A stretch of 64,000 nucleotides of DNA from Eledone cirrhosa (GCA_964016885.1 OZ024754.1:14880001-14944000); one strand, 5' to 3'; shown: positions 13,538-27,814, counted from the stretch's first letter. Made by a program: numbers and translations. Notes: generated from the letters alone by a model not told the origin.

Positions 13538-13883
13538 AGTTTTAATATAGAAGAGCTTCTACAGGACTAGAACTGTTTCATTCGTGAGAAATCATCAGGA
13601 AGCTGGCTGTCCAAGTAAATGGTAGTATTTATTTGGTGGTAAGGAGAGGGGTGGGGATTGGGATGGGTGTAGGTCCATCCCAATCCAATCCCCCACCCTC
13701 TCCTACTACCAGATAAGGAAACATATAAATACTACCATTTACTTGGACAGCCAGCTTCCTGATGATTTCTCACGAATGAAACAGTTCCAGACCTGTAGAA
13801 GTTTTTCTATATTAAAACTTTTATTCTCTGCTATGTATTGAGTACCTTACTTACTGTGATTACCTCCGATTCAACTCGGAATA

Positions 13884-13885
<2 letters not shown>
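13538..13885. mobile_element. PLE pLTR family B fold-back with two HHRs
   Basis: Inverted arms span 13538-13819; HHR (-) 13556-13602 and (+) 13755-13801: CTTC-CTGATGA-TTTC..GAAT-GAAACAG..CTGTA-GAAG. Confidence 0.8.
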
Positions 13886-13930
<45 letters not shown>

Positions 13931-13937
13931 AATATAT

Positions 13938-14087
<150 letters not shown>

Positions 14088-14096
14088 TGTATATAT

Positions 14097-14362
14097 AAAT
14101 GGAATAGAATGAAACGAAATTTCATTTCTCACTCTTAGTACGGCAGTTACTTAAATGTAAGTATGTATGTATGTATACGTACATACATATCTGTATACAG
14201 ACGTACAGTAGTATGTATATATATACATACATGCACACACATATATATATATGCACGTATCGGTTTACGAAACATTTATTATAAATGCCTCGGTTTGTTT
14301 GTAAACAAACAAACGGCCCGAATTACGCCGTACAGTGTTTAGGCAACCACGTCACCTTTTTG
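14097..14362 (-). mobile_element. PLE pLTR family A 3' fragment
   Basis: Matches 34085-34350 on the opposite strand; lies in (TA)n. Confidence 0.65.
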
Positions 14363-14502
14363 TGTATATATACATATATATAACCAACCGTTGAACAAGA
14401 TTCATTGATTATTCAATGAATACAGTTTTACAATAGATTAAAAGCCAAGACTGGAATTGAACCATCAGCACAGTTGAGGTATGTCATGCATCAATTTATG
14501 TA

Positions 14503-14564
14503 TTTTATCTGATGAGGGCGTACTGAAAAAATAGCACAGTGTCTCCGAAATATATATAATAAAA
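14503..14564 (+). ncRNA. hammerhead ribozyme with long stem II (family C)
   Basis: TTTTAT-CTGATGA-GG..TACTG/CAGTG..CC-GAAA-TATATATA-ATAAAA. Confidence 0.7.
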
Positions 14565-14637
14565 CATATATTTTGATTATGTGATTGTATCCATTTATTA
14601 ATATTTTGAATAATATATATATATATATATGTGTGTG

Positions 14638-14830
14638 TTTAATATAGAAATGGCTTCTACAGGAGTAGAACTGTTTCATTCGAAGAGTAAAATCATCAGG
14701 AAAGCTTTCCTGATGATTTCCTTCGAATGAAACAGTTCTAGTCCCTGTAGAAGCCATTTCTAAATTAAACATTTATACTCTGCTATGTATTGAGTACTGT
14801 GCCCCCCCCCCCCCCGATTGAACCTGGGAT
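14638..14830. mobile_element. PLE pLTR family B fold-back with two HHRs
   Basis: Palindrome centred on AAAGCTTT at 14701-14708; HHR (-) 14655-14702 and (+) 14707-14752. Confidence 0.75.
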
Positions 14831-14855
14831 ACACACACACCCTCTCTGTGTATGC

Positions 14856-14970
<115 letters not shown>

Positions 14971-15054
14971 TATCTAATATATATATTAATGTGTGCGTGT
15001 GTGTGGATATATATATATACATTCAGTGGTAGATGCTAATGAGTGTGATTTTTA

Positions 15055-15154
15055 AATATATATATATATTTATATATATATATATATTTATATATATATT
15101 TATATATATATATATTTATATTTAAATATATTTATATTTTATATATATATATAA

Positions 15155-15223
<69 letters not shown>

Positions 15224-15237
15224 TATATATAATATAA

Positions 15238-15273
<36 letters not shown>

Positions 15274-15325
15274 TAATATATATATATTTATATATATATA
15301 TATATAAATATAATATATATATATT

Positions 15326-15358
<33 letters not shown>

Positions 15359-15382
15359 GATATATAAATATAATATATATTA

Positions 15383-15458
<76 letters not shown>

Positions 15459-15512
15459 TAATATATATATATTTATATATATATATATATATAAATATAA
15501 TATATATATATT

Positions 15513-15565
<53 letters not shown>

Positions 15566-15631
15566 ATATATTTATATATATAATATATATATATATTTAT
15601 ATATATATATATATATAATATAATATATATA

Positions 15632-15710
<79 letters not shown>

Positions 15711-15720
15711 ATAAATATAT
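15055..15720. repeat. long imperfect (TA)n tract
   Basis: About 660 bp of almost pure A/T dinucleotide repeat. Confidence 0.95.
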
Positions 15721-15974
15721 TTTATCACTGGCCGGAATCAGCATAATTATCACAAACATCCCTTGTAATTCGAAAGGTTAATTATTGGAAGAGACAAAGA
15801 AAGTGTCATATGGGGGGGGGGGGGACAGATAGACAGAGAGAGAGGAGGGGAAAGAGAGAAAGGAGAGAGTGAGGGAGGGGTGGGTTAGAAAGAAGGTATA
15901 GAGACAGGTTGCCGGACTGTGAAATTTGAGATATACTTATTAAGTAGAGTGAATGAAAAGATATGTAATAGTAG

Positions 15975-16325
15975 TTGGATAGAAAGATAGAGAGTAGATA
16001 GGTAGACAGATAGAGAGTAGATAGAGAGTCATGGATAGAGAGTAGATAGAGAGTAGATAGAGAGTAGATAGGTAGACAGATAGAGAGTAGATAGAGAGTA
16101 GATAGAGAGTAGATAGAGAGTAGATAGAGAGTAGATAGAGTAGATAGAGAGTAGATAGAGTAGATAGAGAGTAGATAGAGTAGATAGGTAGACAGATAGA
16201 GAGTAGATAGAGAGTAGATAGGTAGACAGATAGAGAGTAGATAGGTAGACAGATAGGGAGTAGATAGAGAGTAGATAGAGAGTAGATAGAGAGTAGATAG
16301 AGAGTAGATAGAGAGTCATGGATAG
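15975..16325. repeat. GAGAGTAGATA/TAGA compound microsatellite
   Basis: Direct inspection. Confidence 0.9.
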
Positions 16326-16364
16326 AAAATATAAACACAAAATATTCTCATACATATACATATG

Positions 16365-16421
<57 letters not shown>

Positions 16422-16453
16422 ATGTGCATATGCACGAGTGAGTGTATTATATG

Positions 16454-16493
<40 letters not shown>

Positions 16494-16619
16494 TACATAT
16501 ATATATATATACGTAAATAGATATACATACATGCAATAAAAATATATATATATATATATATATATAGCTGGATGAATAGATGGAGAGATTGACACACATA
16601 ACACTCACACACTTATATA

Positions 16620-16693
<74 letters not shown>

Positions 16694-16769
16694 TATATTT
16701 ATATATATATATATATAGATATACACATATATATATACATATATATATATATATAAATATATATATATG

Positions 16770-16800
<31 letters not shown>

Positions 16801-17551
16801 GGGCACGATATATAAATAGATATATAGATAGATAGAGAGGGGTAAGATGGGGCGGGCGGGGGGGGGGTCCGAGGGATTCAACAAAGAAGTGTATGAAATA
16901 TGAGGTATCAAATATCTGAAAGAGGAAACATGACAAATTGTCTGTGATTGATCCTTACTTCCGGTCTTCAGATAACAACCCGGGGATGGGTCCCGCTCTT
17001 CCTATCTGTACACACCCTGCTCATTAAAGTAGGACCCTTATTGCAAAATGTCACTGCAGATCTACAGCAGCCTCACTAGACCCCATTTTTATTTCATTTC
17101 TTTGATGTTTTTGTATGCAAATGGTTGTGTATGGTTATATGTATGTATGCACATATGTATGTATGTATTTATTTATGCATCTATGAATATATGTATGTAC
17201 TTATGTATATATATATATATGTATATATGTATATGTATATATGTATGTATATACGTATGTGTGAAGATATATATATACATATATATTACATATATATACA
17301 TATATATATATGTACATATATATACATATATATATATGTACATATATATACATATATATATATATATGTACATATATATACATATATATATATGTACATA
17401 TATATACATATATATATATGTACATATATATACATATATATATATATGTACATATATATACATATATATATATATATATGTACATATATATACATATATA
17501 TATATGTATGTATATATATATGTATATATATATAAATGAGTGTGTATGTAT

Positions 17552-17647
<96 letters not shown>

Positions 17648-17819
17648 GCATACATATATATATATATATATATGTTTGTTTGTGCGCGTGTATGCATGTT
17701 TTCTTATACAACTCTACCAAACAACAAAACACAAGCCTAAACTAGACAAAAATACTCCACACAAAAGAAAAAGCGTAATTACCCAGTTACAAAACACAAC
17801 GTTTAACACATCGAAACAA

Positions 17820-18080
17820 CATTCACCGCCACCAAACCATCATCAGACACCGCCCATCACCACCAAAACCACCCTCTAATACTTCAACAACATCCACCGC
17901 CACCAAAATCACCCTCTAATACTTAAACAACATCCACTGCCACCAAAATCACCCTCTAATACTTAAACAACATCCACTGCCACCAAAATTACCCTCAAAT
18001 ACTTGAACAACATCCACCGCCACCAAACCATCATCAGACACCGCCCATCACCACCAAAACCACGCTCAAATACTTAAACG
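17820..18080. repeat. ~39-bp minisatellite
   Basis: CACCAAAATCACCCTCTAATACTTAAACAACATCCACTGC-like units. Confidence 0.8.
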
Positions 18081-18532
18081 TTTGATACAAACTTTCCTGA
18101 ATCCGACATTGGCTCCATGGTGAAAGATCATTTGCTTTTATTTTATTTAATTTTTAGTTATCATATTTTTATATTCTATCTTTTTTTATTTTTTTGTTTC
18201 TCAACCATAAGAAGTACTAGATATATCTGGCTAACTATATCTGGCTAACTAGCTAACTATATCTGGCTAACTAGCTCTATACAGACGTTTAAATTGATTA
18301 AATAAATAAATAATAAACCTTATAATGTAATATTTTGTAGGAAGTTATCGTTAAATTATGTTCTAAATACCAACTTAATATTAGGAAAGTTATATTACTA
18401 AATCACTCCAAATTCTTGATTCCTTCAACAGTTAATTGAACATTTTAGAAATACGGTAACGAAATTGTTAAAATCTAATCAACAGAAAACTGTATGTCTG
18501 TGTATGCATGTGTTGTGTTGTGTTATACACAA

Positions 18533-18742
18533 TGGTTTCTAATTTAGGCACAAGACCAACAATTTGGGGGTAAGGAATGTCAATTAAATCGACCCTAGTG
18601 CGTTACTGGTACTTTATTTTATCGACCCTGTAAGGATGAAAGGCAAAGCTAACCCCGGCAGGATTTCAACTCAGAATGTAAAGAGACGTAACTCTATGCC
18701 ACAAAGCATGTTGTCCGACACTCTCCTGATTCTGTCAATCAA
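18533..18742 (-). mobile_element. SINE family 1 (diverged)
   Basis: Core CGACCCTGTAAGGATGAAAGGCAAAG. Confidence 0.8.
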
Positions 18743-18988
18743 TCACACTCAATGACGATCTATAAAAAGGTGACTTTATGAAGAGTTTCTGATAGGTTCT
18801 ATCGATACTGCCAATCCACCGGACTCCAATACTGTACACATACCATTAAAATATATGTAGAGTAATATTTATTTTGAGAGAGGAATGATCAATATATACC
18901 GGTGATTGGTTGTTGATGATGTTGTTGATGTTTTTATAATACCAAAACTCAGAATAATTATAATATAACTTCAGGTATGAGATCATAT

Positions 18989-19166
18989 CTTTCTTTATAT
19001 ATCTTAAGAGAGATCCATTATACTATAAGTGAGTCTAAGAATTCGTTTTGTGGAAACGTCAAATATAAAAACTTTCATGTCTTTCTTTATATATCTTAAG
19101 AGAGATCCATTATACTATAAGTGAGTCTAAGAATTCGTTTTGGGGAAACGTCAAATATAAAAACTT
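18989..19166. repeat. 90-bp near-perfect tandem duplication
   Basis: CTTTCTTTATATATCTTAAGAGAGATCC...AAAACTTT occurs twice. Confidence 0.9.
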
Positions 19167-19556
19167 TTTAGTCATATATATTATACTTGTATTTACATAT
19201 GCTAACATATACTTTATATTACCATGCTAATATGTTATATATTAACTTTCTAGACAATAACGCACAGTACCCGAATATGTAGAGTAATATTTATTTTGAG
19301 AAGACGAATGATCAATATATACCGATGATTTGTTGTTGATGTTGTTGTTGATTTTGTTGTTGTTGCTTGGATCCAGAACAGTCCTGATCCCGTAGATCGA
19401 TAATCAGAAGATTTTCAGCCATATCCAACCCGTTGTTTTGATATGTGCACAAAGACATCGGGATCACATTATCCGATGTGTACGCGTGATTAACAATCTT
19501 AGAACACGATCGGAGGGGTATTTGGGACATAATTTCTAATACATCAAGGAACACCA

Positions 19557-19780
19557 TTAACCCTTTAGCATTCGCATTACTCTGTTTTTACTATTGTATT
19601 TCCAGAGGAAAGGCTTTATCTCACATAATATCGAATCTATGAGATTTTAATATTATTTATTTTGAGAATAATACCTTAACAGCAGTATCAGCGACCGGTT
19701 ACGACCTGTTTGAACAGAAGGAGTTTCTGAGAGGAGGGGAATTCTGATCGGATATGGCTGGTTTAATTCTAAAGGGTTAA
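19557..19780. mobile_element. piggyBac-like MITE
   Basis: TTAACCCTTTAGCATT ... AATTCTAAAGGGTTAA; homologous to 220-435. Confidence 0.75.
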
Positions 19781-19919
19781 GGCCGGTGACTGGTATTTTC
19801 CTTTGTACTTAATCTGAAGAATCGTCAGATGAGACTACAATATTAATACGAAGCCAACCACAATTTTAGGAGATACGTATCGAAAGAAGCATGTGTGCAT
19901 ACGTACTGCGATCATATAA

Positions 19920-20006
<87 letters not shown>

Positions 20007-20009
<3 letters not shown>

Positions 20010-20297
20010 CGGGTAAAATTACCGAGATCCATGGACGAGTTCTCTCCAGCGGTCTCTGTCCCTCATTATCGCTGCCATGTCCAGAGCTGTATGGGAGCAT
20101 CCCAAAAGTCAGCTCAAAAGTGACACAGAAGAGACTGAGGTTAGCTGGACATGCTCACCGACATCCAGAGTTGACATTGCACTCAGTGCTCCTTTGGGAG
20201 CCCCTACATGGACACACTAGAAGCGGAAGACCAAGGTTAACGTATGTTGATGCCCTAAGGACAGACACTGGTCTGTTGGAGACGCAGGACATGGCAG

Positions 20298-20302
<5 letters not shown>
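20007..20302. mobile_element. RTE LINE 3' fragment with a 5' inversion
   Basis: 20007-20082 (-) is the 3' end of the element at 2918; 20083-20302 (+) is its upstream part, inverted; flanked by (TA)n. Confidence 0.85.
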
Positions 20303-20335
<33 letters not shown>

Positions 20336-20336
<1 letters not shown>

Positions 20337-20615
20337 TGTAAAGTCTGTCTTAAGCCAGAAGGTTCATCAGGCCAGTGCTTATTCTGGTTTCCATGGCGTG
20401 AAGCGACTGAGAGTACAAGACTTCCCCCTGGACAGGACGCCAGTCCATCGCAGGGTTAAATCTCCAGTTATTGCTGGTACTCATTTTCAGCTGAGTATAC
20501 TGGAGCAACGTGAAATGAAGTGTTTTGCTCAAGAACACAACACGCAACACAGAAATCAAACCCACGACATTACAATCATAAGTCCAACGCCCTTACCACT
20601 AGGCCATGTGCCTCC
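20336..20615 (-). mobile_element. tRNA-derived SINE family 2 (V/CORE-like central region)
   Basis: Head TGGCCTAGTGGTAAGGG; GTGTTCTTGAGCAAAACACTT; CCTGCGATGGACTGGCGTCCTGTCCAGG; copy at 34516-34759. Confidence 0.8.
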
Positions 20616-21314
20616 CCCAAGCATCAAACTAATAATATTTGTATTGCCTCTTCGCTTCCACGTTTTTTTGTTTTCTGTTTACTGTCTCAGTGTGTATACA
20701 CACGTGCATGTGTTGATAAGTATGGCTATATATATATACACATATGATAGCGGTGTGTATATATGGGTGTGAACGCCAATGTAAGATCACATGGTCAGTT
20801 GAATTGTGTTTGAATAGCTGATATAGGATAGGTTGTTGAACGGAAGGAAGATATCTCTCATCATCTGTAGCCTCAAACCGCCAACACACACACATACACA
20901 TGCACATGCACACGCACATACACACACTCATATACACGCGAACACGCACGTACACACTCACACATACATACGCACGTGTGGCCATACACACAACACACAC
21001 AGTGAAACATAAATAAACCATGCGGTTCACCCCGATAGTTTTGCCTATCCTTGACCTTTCATTATTCACTCCACCTCCAGCCACCCGCCGAGAACCCCCC
21101 ACCACACAACGAAAGTCAACATATGATCCCTCCACCCTGCTTGTTTTCACTGAAAATAAAATAATGAAAGTCATAACCCAAAATCTGAAACAAGCGAAGA
21201 TGAGGTTTTAAAATATACAGCGAACTTCGACCTTCTTCCTAACCATGCTTTGGTGGCAGATATTGTGTATGGTGTTTCAATAATATTTTAAATAATCAAG
21301 AATTTGCAGGGATT

Positions 21315-21471
21315 TCTTCTTCTTCTTCTTCTTCTTCTTCTTCTTTTTCATTTTCTTCTTCTTCTTTTTCATTTTCTTCTTCTTCTTCTTCTTCTTCTTC
21401 TTTTTCATTTTCTTCTTCTTCTTTTTCATTTTCTTCTTCTTCTTCTTCTTCTTCTTCTTCTTCTTCTTCTT

Positions 21472-21502
<31 letters not shown>

Positions 21503-21581
21503 TTCTTCTTATTCTTCTTATTCTTCTTCTTATTCTTCTTCTTCTTATTCTTCTTCTCCTTCTTCTTCTTCTTCTTCTTCT

Positions 21582-21616
<35 letters not shown>

Positions 21617-21793
21617 TTCTTCTTTTTCATTTTCTTCTTCTTCTTTTTCATTTTCTTCTTCTTCTTCTTCTTCTTCTTCTCCTTCTTCTTCTTCTCCTTC
21701 TTCTTCTTCTTCTCCTTCTTCTCCTTCTTCTTCTCTTTCTTCTTCTTCTTCTTCTTCTTCTTCTTCTTCTTCTTCTTCTTCTTCTTCTTCTTC
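21315..21793. repeat. expanded (GAA)n/(TTC)n tract, probable tail of the adjacent RTE
   Basis: About 480 bp, directly abutting the RTE 3' end. Confidence 0.9.
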
Positions 21794-21794
21794 G

Positions 21795-22165
21795 AGTGTC
21801 GTGGGAACAGAGTCCGCAAACATCCCCCCCCCCCCCAGCGGGTCCTATCAAAAGCAGCCACTGATCCGGTTGGATCCCCAAGCGTGACCAGCCAAGCTCA
21901 TGGATGTTATCAAAACCATTTTTTTTTGTTTTAGTTTCTACCCCTGGATCTCTTCGCGGCTGGTTTTACCCGTAAAATCTGTCCAGCGATTCTTTCCTCA
22001 GACATTCTAACCGCATACCCATAGTATCGAAGCTGTGATCTCTCAATTTGTAGTAGAAGTAGCCGCTCTACCTGGAATGACTCTCTGATCTCCGAGCTAC
22101 GCATTATTCCAAAGAAACCTACCGAGGCCGCTTGTATTCATGATCGTATTCTTTCGGATTTAGTA
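21795..22165 (-). mobile_element. RTE (Expander/Rex3-like) LINE 3' fragment
   Basis: Minus strand reads RSSEIRESFQVERLLLLQIERSQLRYYGYAVRMSEERIAGQILRVKPAAKRSRGR..WSRLGIQP..DRTRW. Confidence 0.75.
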
Positions 22166-22173
22166 ATATAAGT

Positions 22174-22345
22174 CATCATCATCATCATCATCATCATCAC
22201 ACGTCCGTTCTTCCACGCTAGCATGGGTTAGACGGGTTGTCCTGTTGTGGGCAGTGTCTGGTCGGCTGACCATGCCTTGCTCATACAGGAACTGATCTGG
22301 CTTGATTTCTACAGCTGGATGCCCTTCCTAACACCAACCTCATTT
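22174..22345 (-). mobile_element. SINE family 3 fragment
   Basis: GGTTGGTGTTAGGAAGGGCATCCAGCTGTAGAA core and GGACGTG(ATG)n tail. Confidence 0.6.
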
Positions 22346-22592
22346 ACAGTGAGTGCTGGGTGCTTTTTCGTGGCGCCTACACGTCCACTTTACAGTGTGG
22401 GCTGGGTGCTTTTTTGCCGTGGCACCTCCACGACCACCTTGCGGTGGGGGGGGGGGGCATATTGTTTATATGCTTCAGCATGTACCCATGGGAGGTCGGG
22501 TACCCTGTATTACTGCGTGACGCCAGAAGTCACGGTCGTGTGTCATTGACTTTGAGAGGTGTAGTTGGGTAAGGAACTTTCCCATTATTCAG

Positions 22593-22836
22593 TTGATATT
22601 TAGAACTCAATTTGCTGGCCACTGTCACCGTGCCAGCAATGAAATCATATCCGCTCTCTTGCTCTGGAACCCTGACTCCAGCCTGACTAGGAGTAGGAAG
22701 CTGTCATTCCCTGACGTTATCTCTAGGGATACGGGAATCAGTAGACGGGACCTGGGGGCAACGATGAGGGACAGGGAATTCTGGGACATGAGAGTGAGAT
22801 CCATCACCTCGACAGTAGTCGACGAGTGATGATGAC
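22593..22836 (+). mobile_element. RTE LINE 3' fragment
   Basis: QFAGHCHRASNEIISALLLWNP..FPDVISRDTG..MRDREFW, then a (TGA)n tail. Confidence 0.8.
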
Positions 22837-23304
22837 ATAACATTAAGATGCGTTTTAACGTTTTAACATTTTTGTTGCCATATTTCTGCCTATGTTTTTC
22901 AAATAACTTCTCATTTTTAAGCAGGTGTTTGAAACATAACTTCACAAAGATATTTATGTAGCTGAGTATTTGCATTTTGTATGGCGTGTCTTGGTTAATT
23001 TAGGTTTGTTGAATTCGTTTACATTTATTTTGTTGTTGGGTGGGGTTATGAAAGAAACAGTATATAAAACTATGATGGATGGTTTTTTAGATAAATGTAT
23101 GTATATGGACCTGTAACCCCTGATGGAGTCGTAGGGGTGCCGTAGTGACAAACGGTATGTCTTGGGCATTTTAAAATTTGGCGAAGCACATTCCTCTACA
23201 AGCCTGAACACAGCTGATTTCTCCCAGAAAAGGAGAGAAACAACGAATGGGAGAGAGGAAATAAGGAAGGGATATAGAGAAAGAATTGACTCCAGTACAG
23301 GACT

Positions 23305-24400
23305 CTCACCCTCTCTACCGTACAACACACTCTCCCAATTTCCCTCTCTATATCAATTATCACCAAACTATCCCCCTCTCTATATCTACCGTACAACACA
23401 CTCTCCCAATCCCTCTCTCTATATCAATTATCACCAAACTATCCCCCCCTCTATATCTACCGTACAACACACTCTCCCAATCCCCCTCTCTATATCAATT
23501 ATCACCAAACTATCCCCCCTCTATATCTACCGTACAACACACTCTCCCAATTTCCCTCTCTATATCAATTATCACCAAACTATCCCCCTCTCTATATCTA
23601 CCGTACAACACACTCTCTCAATCCCCCTCTCTATATCAATTATCACCAAACTATCCCCCTCTCTATATCTACCGTACAACACACTCTCTCAATCCCCCTC
23701 TCTATATCAATTATCACCAAACTATCCCCCTCTCTATATCTACCGTACAACACACTCTCCCAATCCCCCTCTCTATATCAATTATCACCAAACTATCCCC
23801 CTCTCTATATCTACCGTACAACACACTCTCCCAATCCCCCTCTCTATATCAATTATCACCAAACTATCCCCCTCTCTATATCTACCGTACAACACACTCT
23901 CCCAATCCCCCTCTCTATATCAATTATCACCAAACTATCCCCCTCTCTATATCTACCGTACAACACACTCTCCCAATCCCCCTCTCTATATCAATTAGCA
24001 CCAAACTCTCCCCTCTAAATATCTACTACACGGAACTCTCTCCCAATCCCCCTCTCCATATCAATAAACATCAATCTATCCCCTCTAAATATCTACTACA
24101 TGGAACTCTCCTCCAATACCCCTCTCCATATCAATAAACATCAATCTATCCCCCAACCTATATCTATGAATACCTATCTCTAATAATCCTCTCACTCTAT
24201 TCATTACCACTAAACTCTCTCCCTCTCTACATCAACCACACAACACTCTCTCCCAATCCCCTTTCTATATCAATTAACCCCAAACTCCCTCCCTCTTTAT
24301 ATTGATTACCACCAAATTATCCCCCTTTCTATATCTAATATACAATACACTCTCTCAACCTTCCTCTCTATATCAATTACCACCAAATTCTCCCCCTCTC
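23305..24400. repeat. 71-bp minisatellite built from two diverged ~35-bp subunits, decaying distally
   Basis: TATCAATTATCACCAAACTATCCCCCTCTCTA plus TATCTACCGTACAACACACTCTCCCAATCCCCCTCTCTA. Confidence 0.9.
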
Positions 24401-24759
24401 TATATATATATCTATCTCGCCCATCTATCTCTACATAAACTGAAACATATCTGTACATAAATTGAAACGCATATACAAATGGATGTGTTTTGGTAGTTTG
24501 GGGAGAAAAATGTAAGTATTGAGAAAGGGAGGGGCATACACACACATACACACACACACACACATATATATATGTGTGTGTGTGTGTATGTATGCCCCTC
24601 CCCTCTCCAATACTTATATATATATATATATACATACACACACATATATATATATATACATATATATATACGTATATATATACATATATATGTGTATATA
24701 TATATATATAGATATAGATATATATATACACATATATATATATATACATATATACATAT

Positions 24760-24877
<118 letters not shown>

Positions 24878-25037
24878 AAAAAAAGAAAATTTCGCTCTAC
24901 ATGGCTGAATACAATAAATGTAATGTGAATTTTTCGAATATTAATAATAACATTCGCTTCGTTTGTAATTTTGCAAACAAGCCTCAATTTTATAGCTATG
25001 TCAGTAGAATGAACACTTCACTCTTACTCAAGAGCAA

Positions 25038-25120
<83 letters not shown>

Positions 25121-25371
25121 GGGAAGAAAGGAAAACTGCGTGGTTGCACATGGGTTACATATTATAAAATTAGTCCGTCATCAGTGATTTGCCAACCATC
25201 ATTGGTATTTCATCGCATTAAAAATCATATACCTCAGGTTGGTGCGAGCAATAACTAAAATAAGCTATTGGGACAAGTGAATCGCGTAAAGCGAGTGAGA
25301 CAAGTAAACAACAGAAGGAAAAGCAAACCGAAAGTAGGAGAAAAGCAAGCAACATGATGGTTATCCGGTCA

Positions 25372-25429
<58 letters not shown>

Positions 25430-26023
25430 GTAACGAGGACAGACACAGGAAAAACGTAGTAAAACGGCCACTCGGACAAATCTGTATGCTACAGGCTGTT
25501 GTCTGAGGTTCATCCCAGATGTTGGTACATTATATATTGGAACGTTCACATACAGAGTTGCTTCTTTTCCTTTGTAAATGGTGTAGTTACTGATGATAAC
25601 TCAGTAAGGAATGTATGCTAGCCTCTGCTTCAATACTTCGCTAGTAATTAATCTCCTCTTTCCAATAATCCACTAATTCATTTGTAAAAGTGTAAAGACG
25701 TACCACATAACACCAATTCTGTAATAATACTTAAATGCAGATTAGTAGGCGACCCGTACAAAGTCCATGTTTTAATTAGAAACAACCACTACATATTAAA
25801 TATCAATATGACACTTTAAGTGTATTACATATAAGTTATATATGTATTATTTTGATCATGCTTTTATATTTATTTTTATTTCATTTCATTTTATTTTGAT
25901 CATGCTTTATTTTTATTTTTATTTTTAATTTCATTCGCACCGTTTCCTCCCACCCCCTTTTCGCTATATGTCTCTCCACCACTCCCCTACACACCCTGTG
26001 AACTCTCTTCCCACACACTTCTC

Positions 26024-26146
26024 ACCCGAGGAAGGGCTTATGCCCGAAACGTCGTTCCCCACCACCACCCCACTCTCCAGAGCGTGAAATTAATAAACAT
26101 TCGTTGTACTGCCTCTCTGTTTTGTTCCTGTTCAAATTTTCCATTA
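26024..26146 (+). mobile_element. PLE pLTR end with a variant HHR and AATAAA
   Basis: CCGAGGA-A-GGGC(TTAT)GCCC-GAAAC-GTC at 26026-26053; the downstream end recurs at 3388-3424 and 29297-29380 (-). Confidence 0.55.
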
Positions 26147-26593
26147 TATATATATATATATCTATATATATATTAAAATAACAGATTAAAGTTTAACAAA
26201 AAATCGGTGCTTATATATATATATATTTATACATTAATATATTTATATTTATATATATACTAGCGGAATTACCCGCACCTTGCTGCGTTTCACACATTTA
26301 ATTTGTGTAAGAATGTATATATATATTCTGTGGATAAATCTATGTCTTGATTCTTTTTTAATTGAGTTTGAATTATTTTTCCCACATCCTACGTTAACTA
26401 TTTTTCCATGTTGACGCTATAGTCACTTTATTATGAAATACTGTGGCTTGACGCTCACAATAATTTCTATACTTTTCATTTATATATATATATTCTTTAA
26501 AGCGATGAAATACCAATGATGGTTGGACGATCACTGATGAAGGACTAACTTTATTCATATGTAACCCATTAGCAACCCCGCAGCACGTTTATT

Positions 26594-26627
<34 letters not shown>

Positions 26628-26654
26628 GTAATGTAATGTCATTAAACATTAAAT

Positions 26655-26772
26655 TTGAGTTCAAATCCCGCCGAGGTTGACTTTGCCTTTCATCCTTACG
26701 GGGTCGATAAAATAAAGTACCAGTAATGCACTGGGTAATTTGCTGGCCTTGTGCCTAAAGTAGAAACAATTA
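26655..26772 (+). mobile_element. 5'-truncated SINE family 1
   Basis: Runs from the B-box to the tail; TSD-like CATTAAACATTAAATTT. Confidence 0.85.
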
Positions 26773-26868
26773 AACATTAAACATTAAACATTAAATTTTG
26801 CTCTGGTACTTACATAGAGCACTCTTCACTTCTATGACCTTTTCTGTTTTCAACGGAAATTTCAATAC

Positions 26869-26916
<48 letters not shown>

Positions 26917-26982
26917 CAAAACAATTGGTACAGTATATGGAAGGAATATATTAGGTTAACGATTGAAATAGCAGGAAGAGCG

Positions 26983-27018
26983 TCTTAACGTTTCGGACGC
27001 TAGTCCTTCACCAGAAGA
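26983..27018 (-). ncRNA. hammerhead ribozyme, copy of 6962 with a CUGGUGA variant core
   Basis: TCTT-CTGGTGA-A-GGAC(TAGC)GTCC-GAAAC-GTT-AAGA. Confidence 0.65.
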
Positions 27019-27164
27019 AAGAATGAGAAATAAGATGGTTTGAAGGGACGGGCGGGATGGAATTGGAGAAAAAAATATATATATATAGTTGAAAATGAAC
27101 GAACAAAACGCAGGAGGCAATTGTACACAGTTATATTATGTTCACGCTTGGTGGATGTGACGGC

Positions 27165-27227
<63 letters not shown>

Positions 27228-27407
27228 ATGTATATATACACACACACACACACATATATATATTGTGGGCGCGTGTGAAGATATCGATGTAGAACGGGTG
27301 TTAATATAGAATGAAGGGCGCGGTTTCTGTTATATAACCACAGGTGCGTGCTGACACACACATGATAAATGTGTGTAAACATTTCCACACATAGATTCAC
27401 ACACATA

Positions 27408-27530
<123 letters not shown>

Positions 27531-27533
27531 GTG

Positions 27534-27579
<46 letters not shown>

Positions 27580-27750
27580 CATATATATGTCTAAACATAT
27601 ATACATATATATATATATATTTATATATATATATATACACACACATATACATACATATATATGAACATATATGTATATATTTACACACACGCATATATGC
27701 ATATATGCATATATACATAATCATATATATATATATATAATGTATATCAA

Positions 27751-27814
<64 letters not shown>

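Noticed and set aside
26258-26292. Helitron-like terminus ACTAGCGGAATTACCCGCACC
   Set aside because: The resemblance is too short and no matching other end was found
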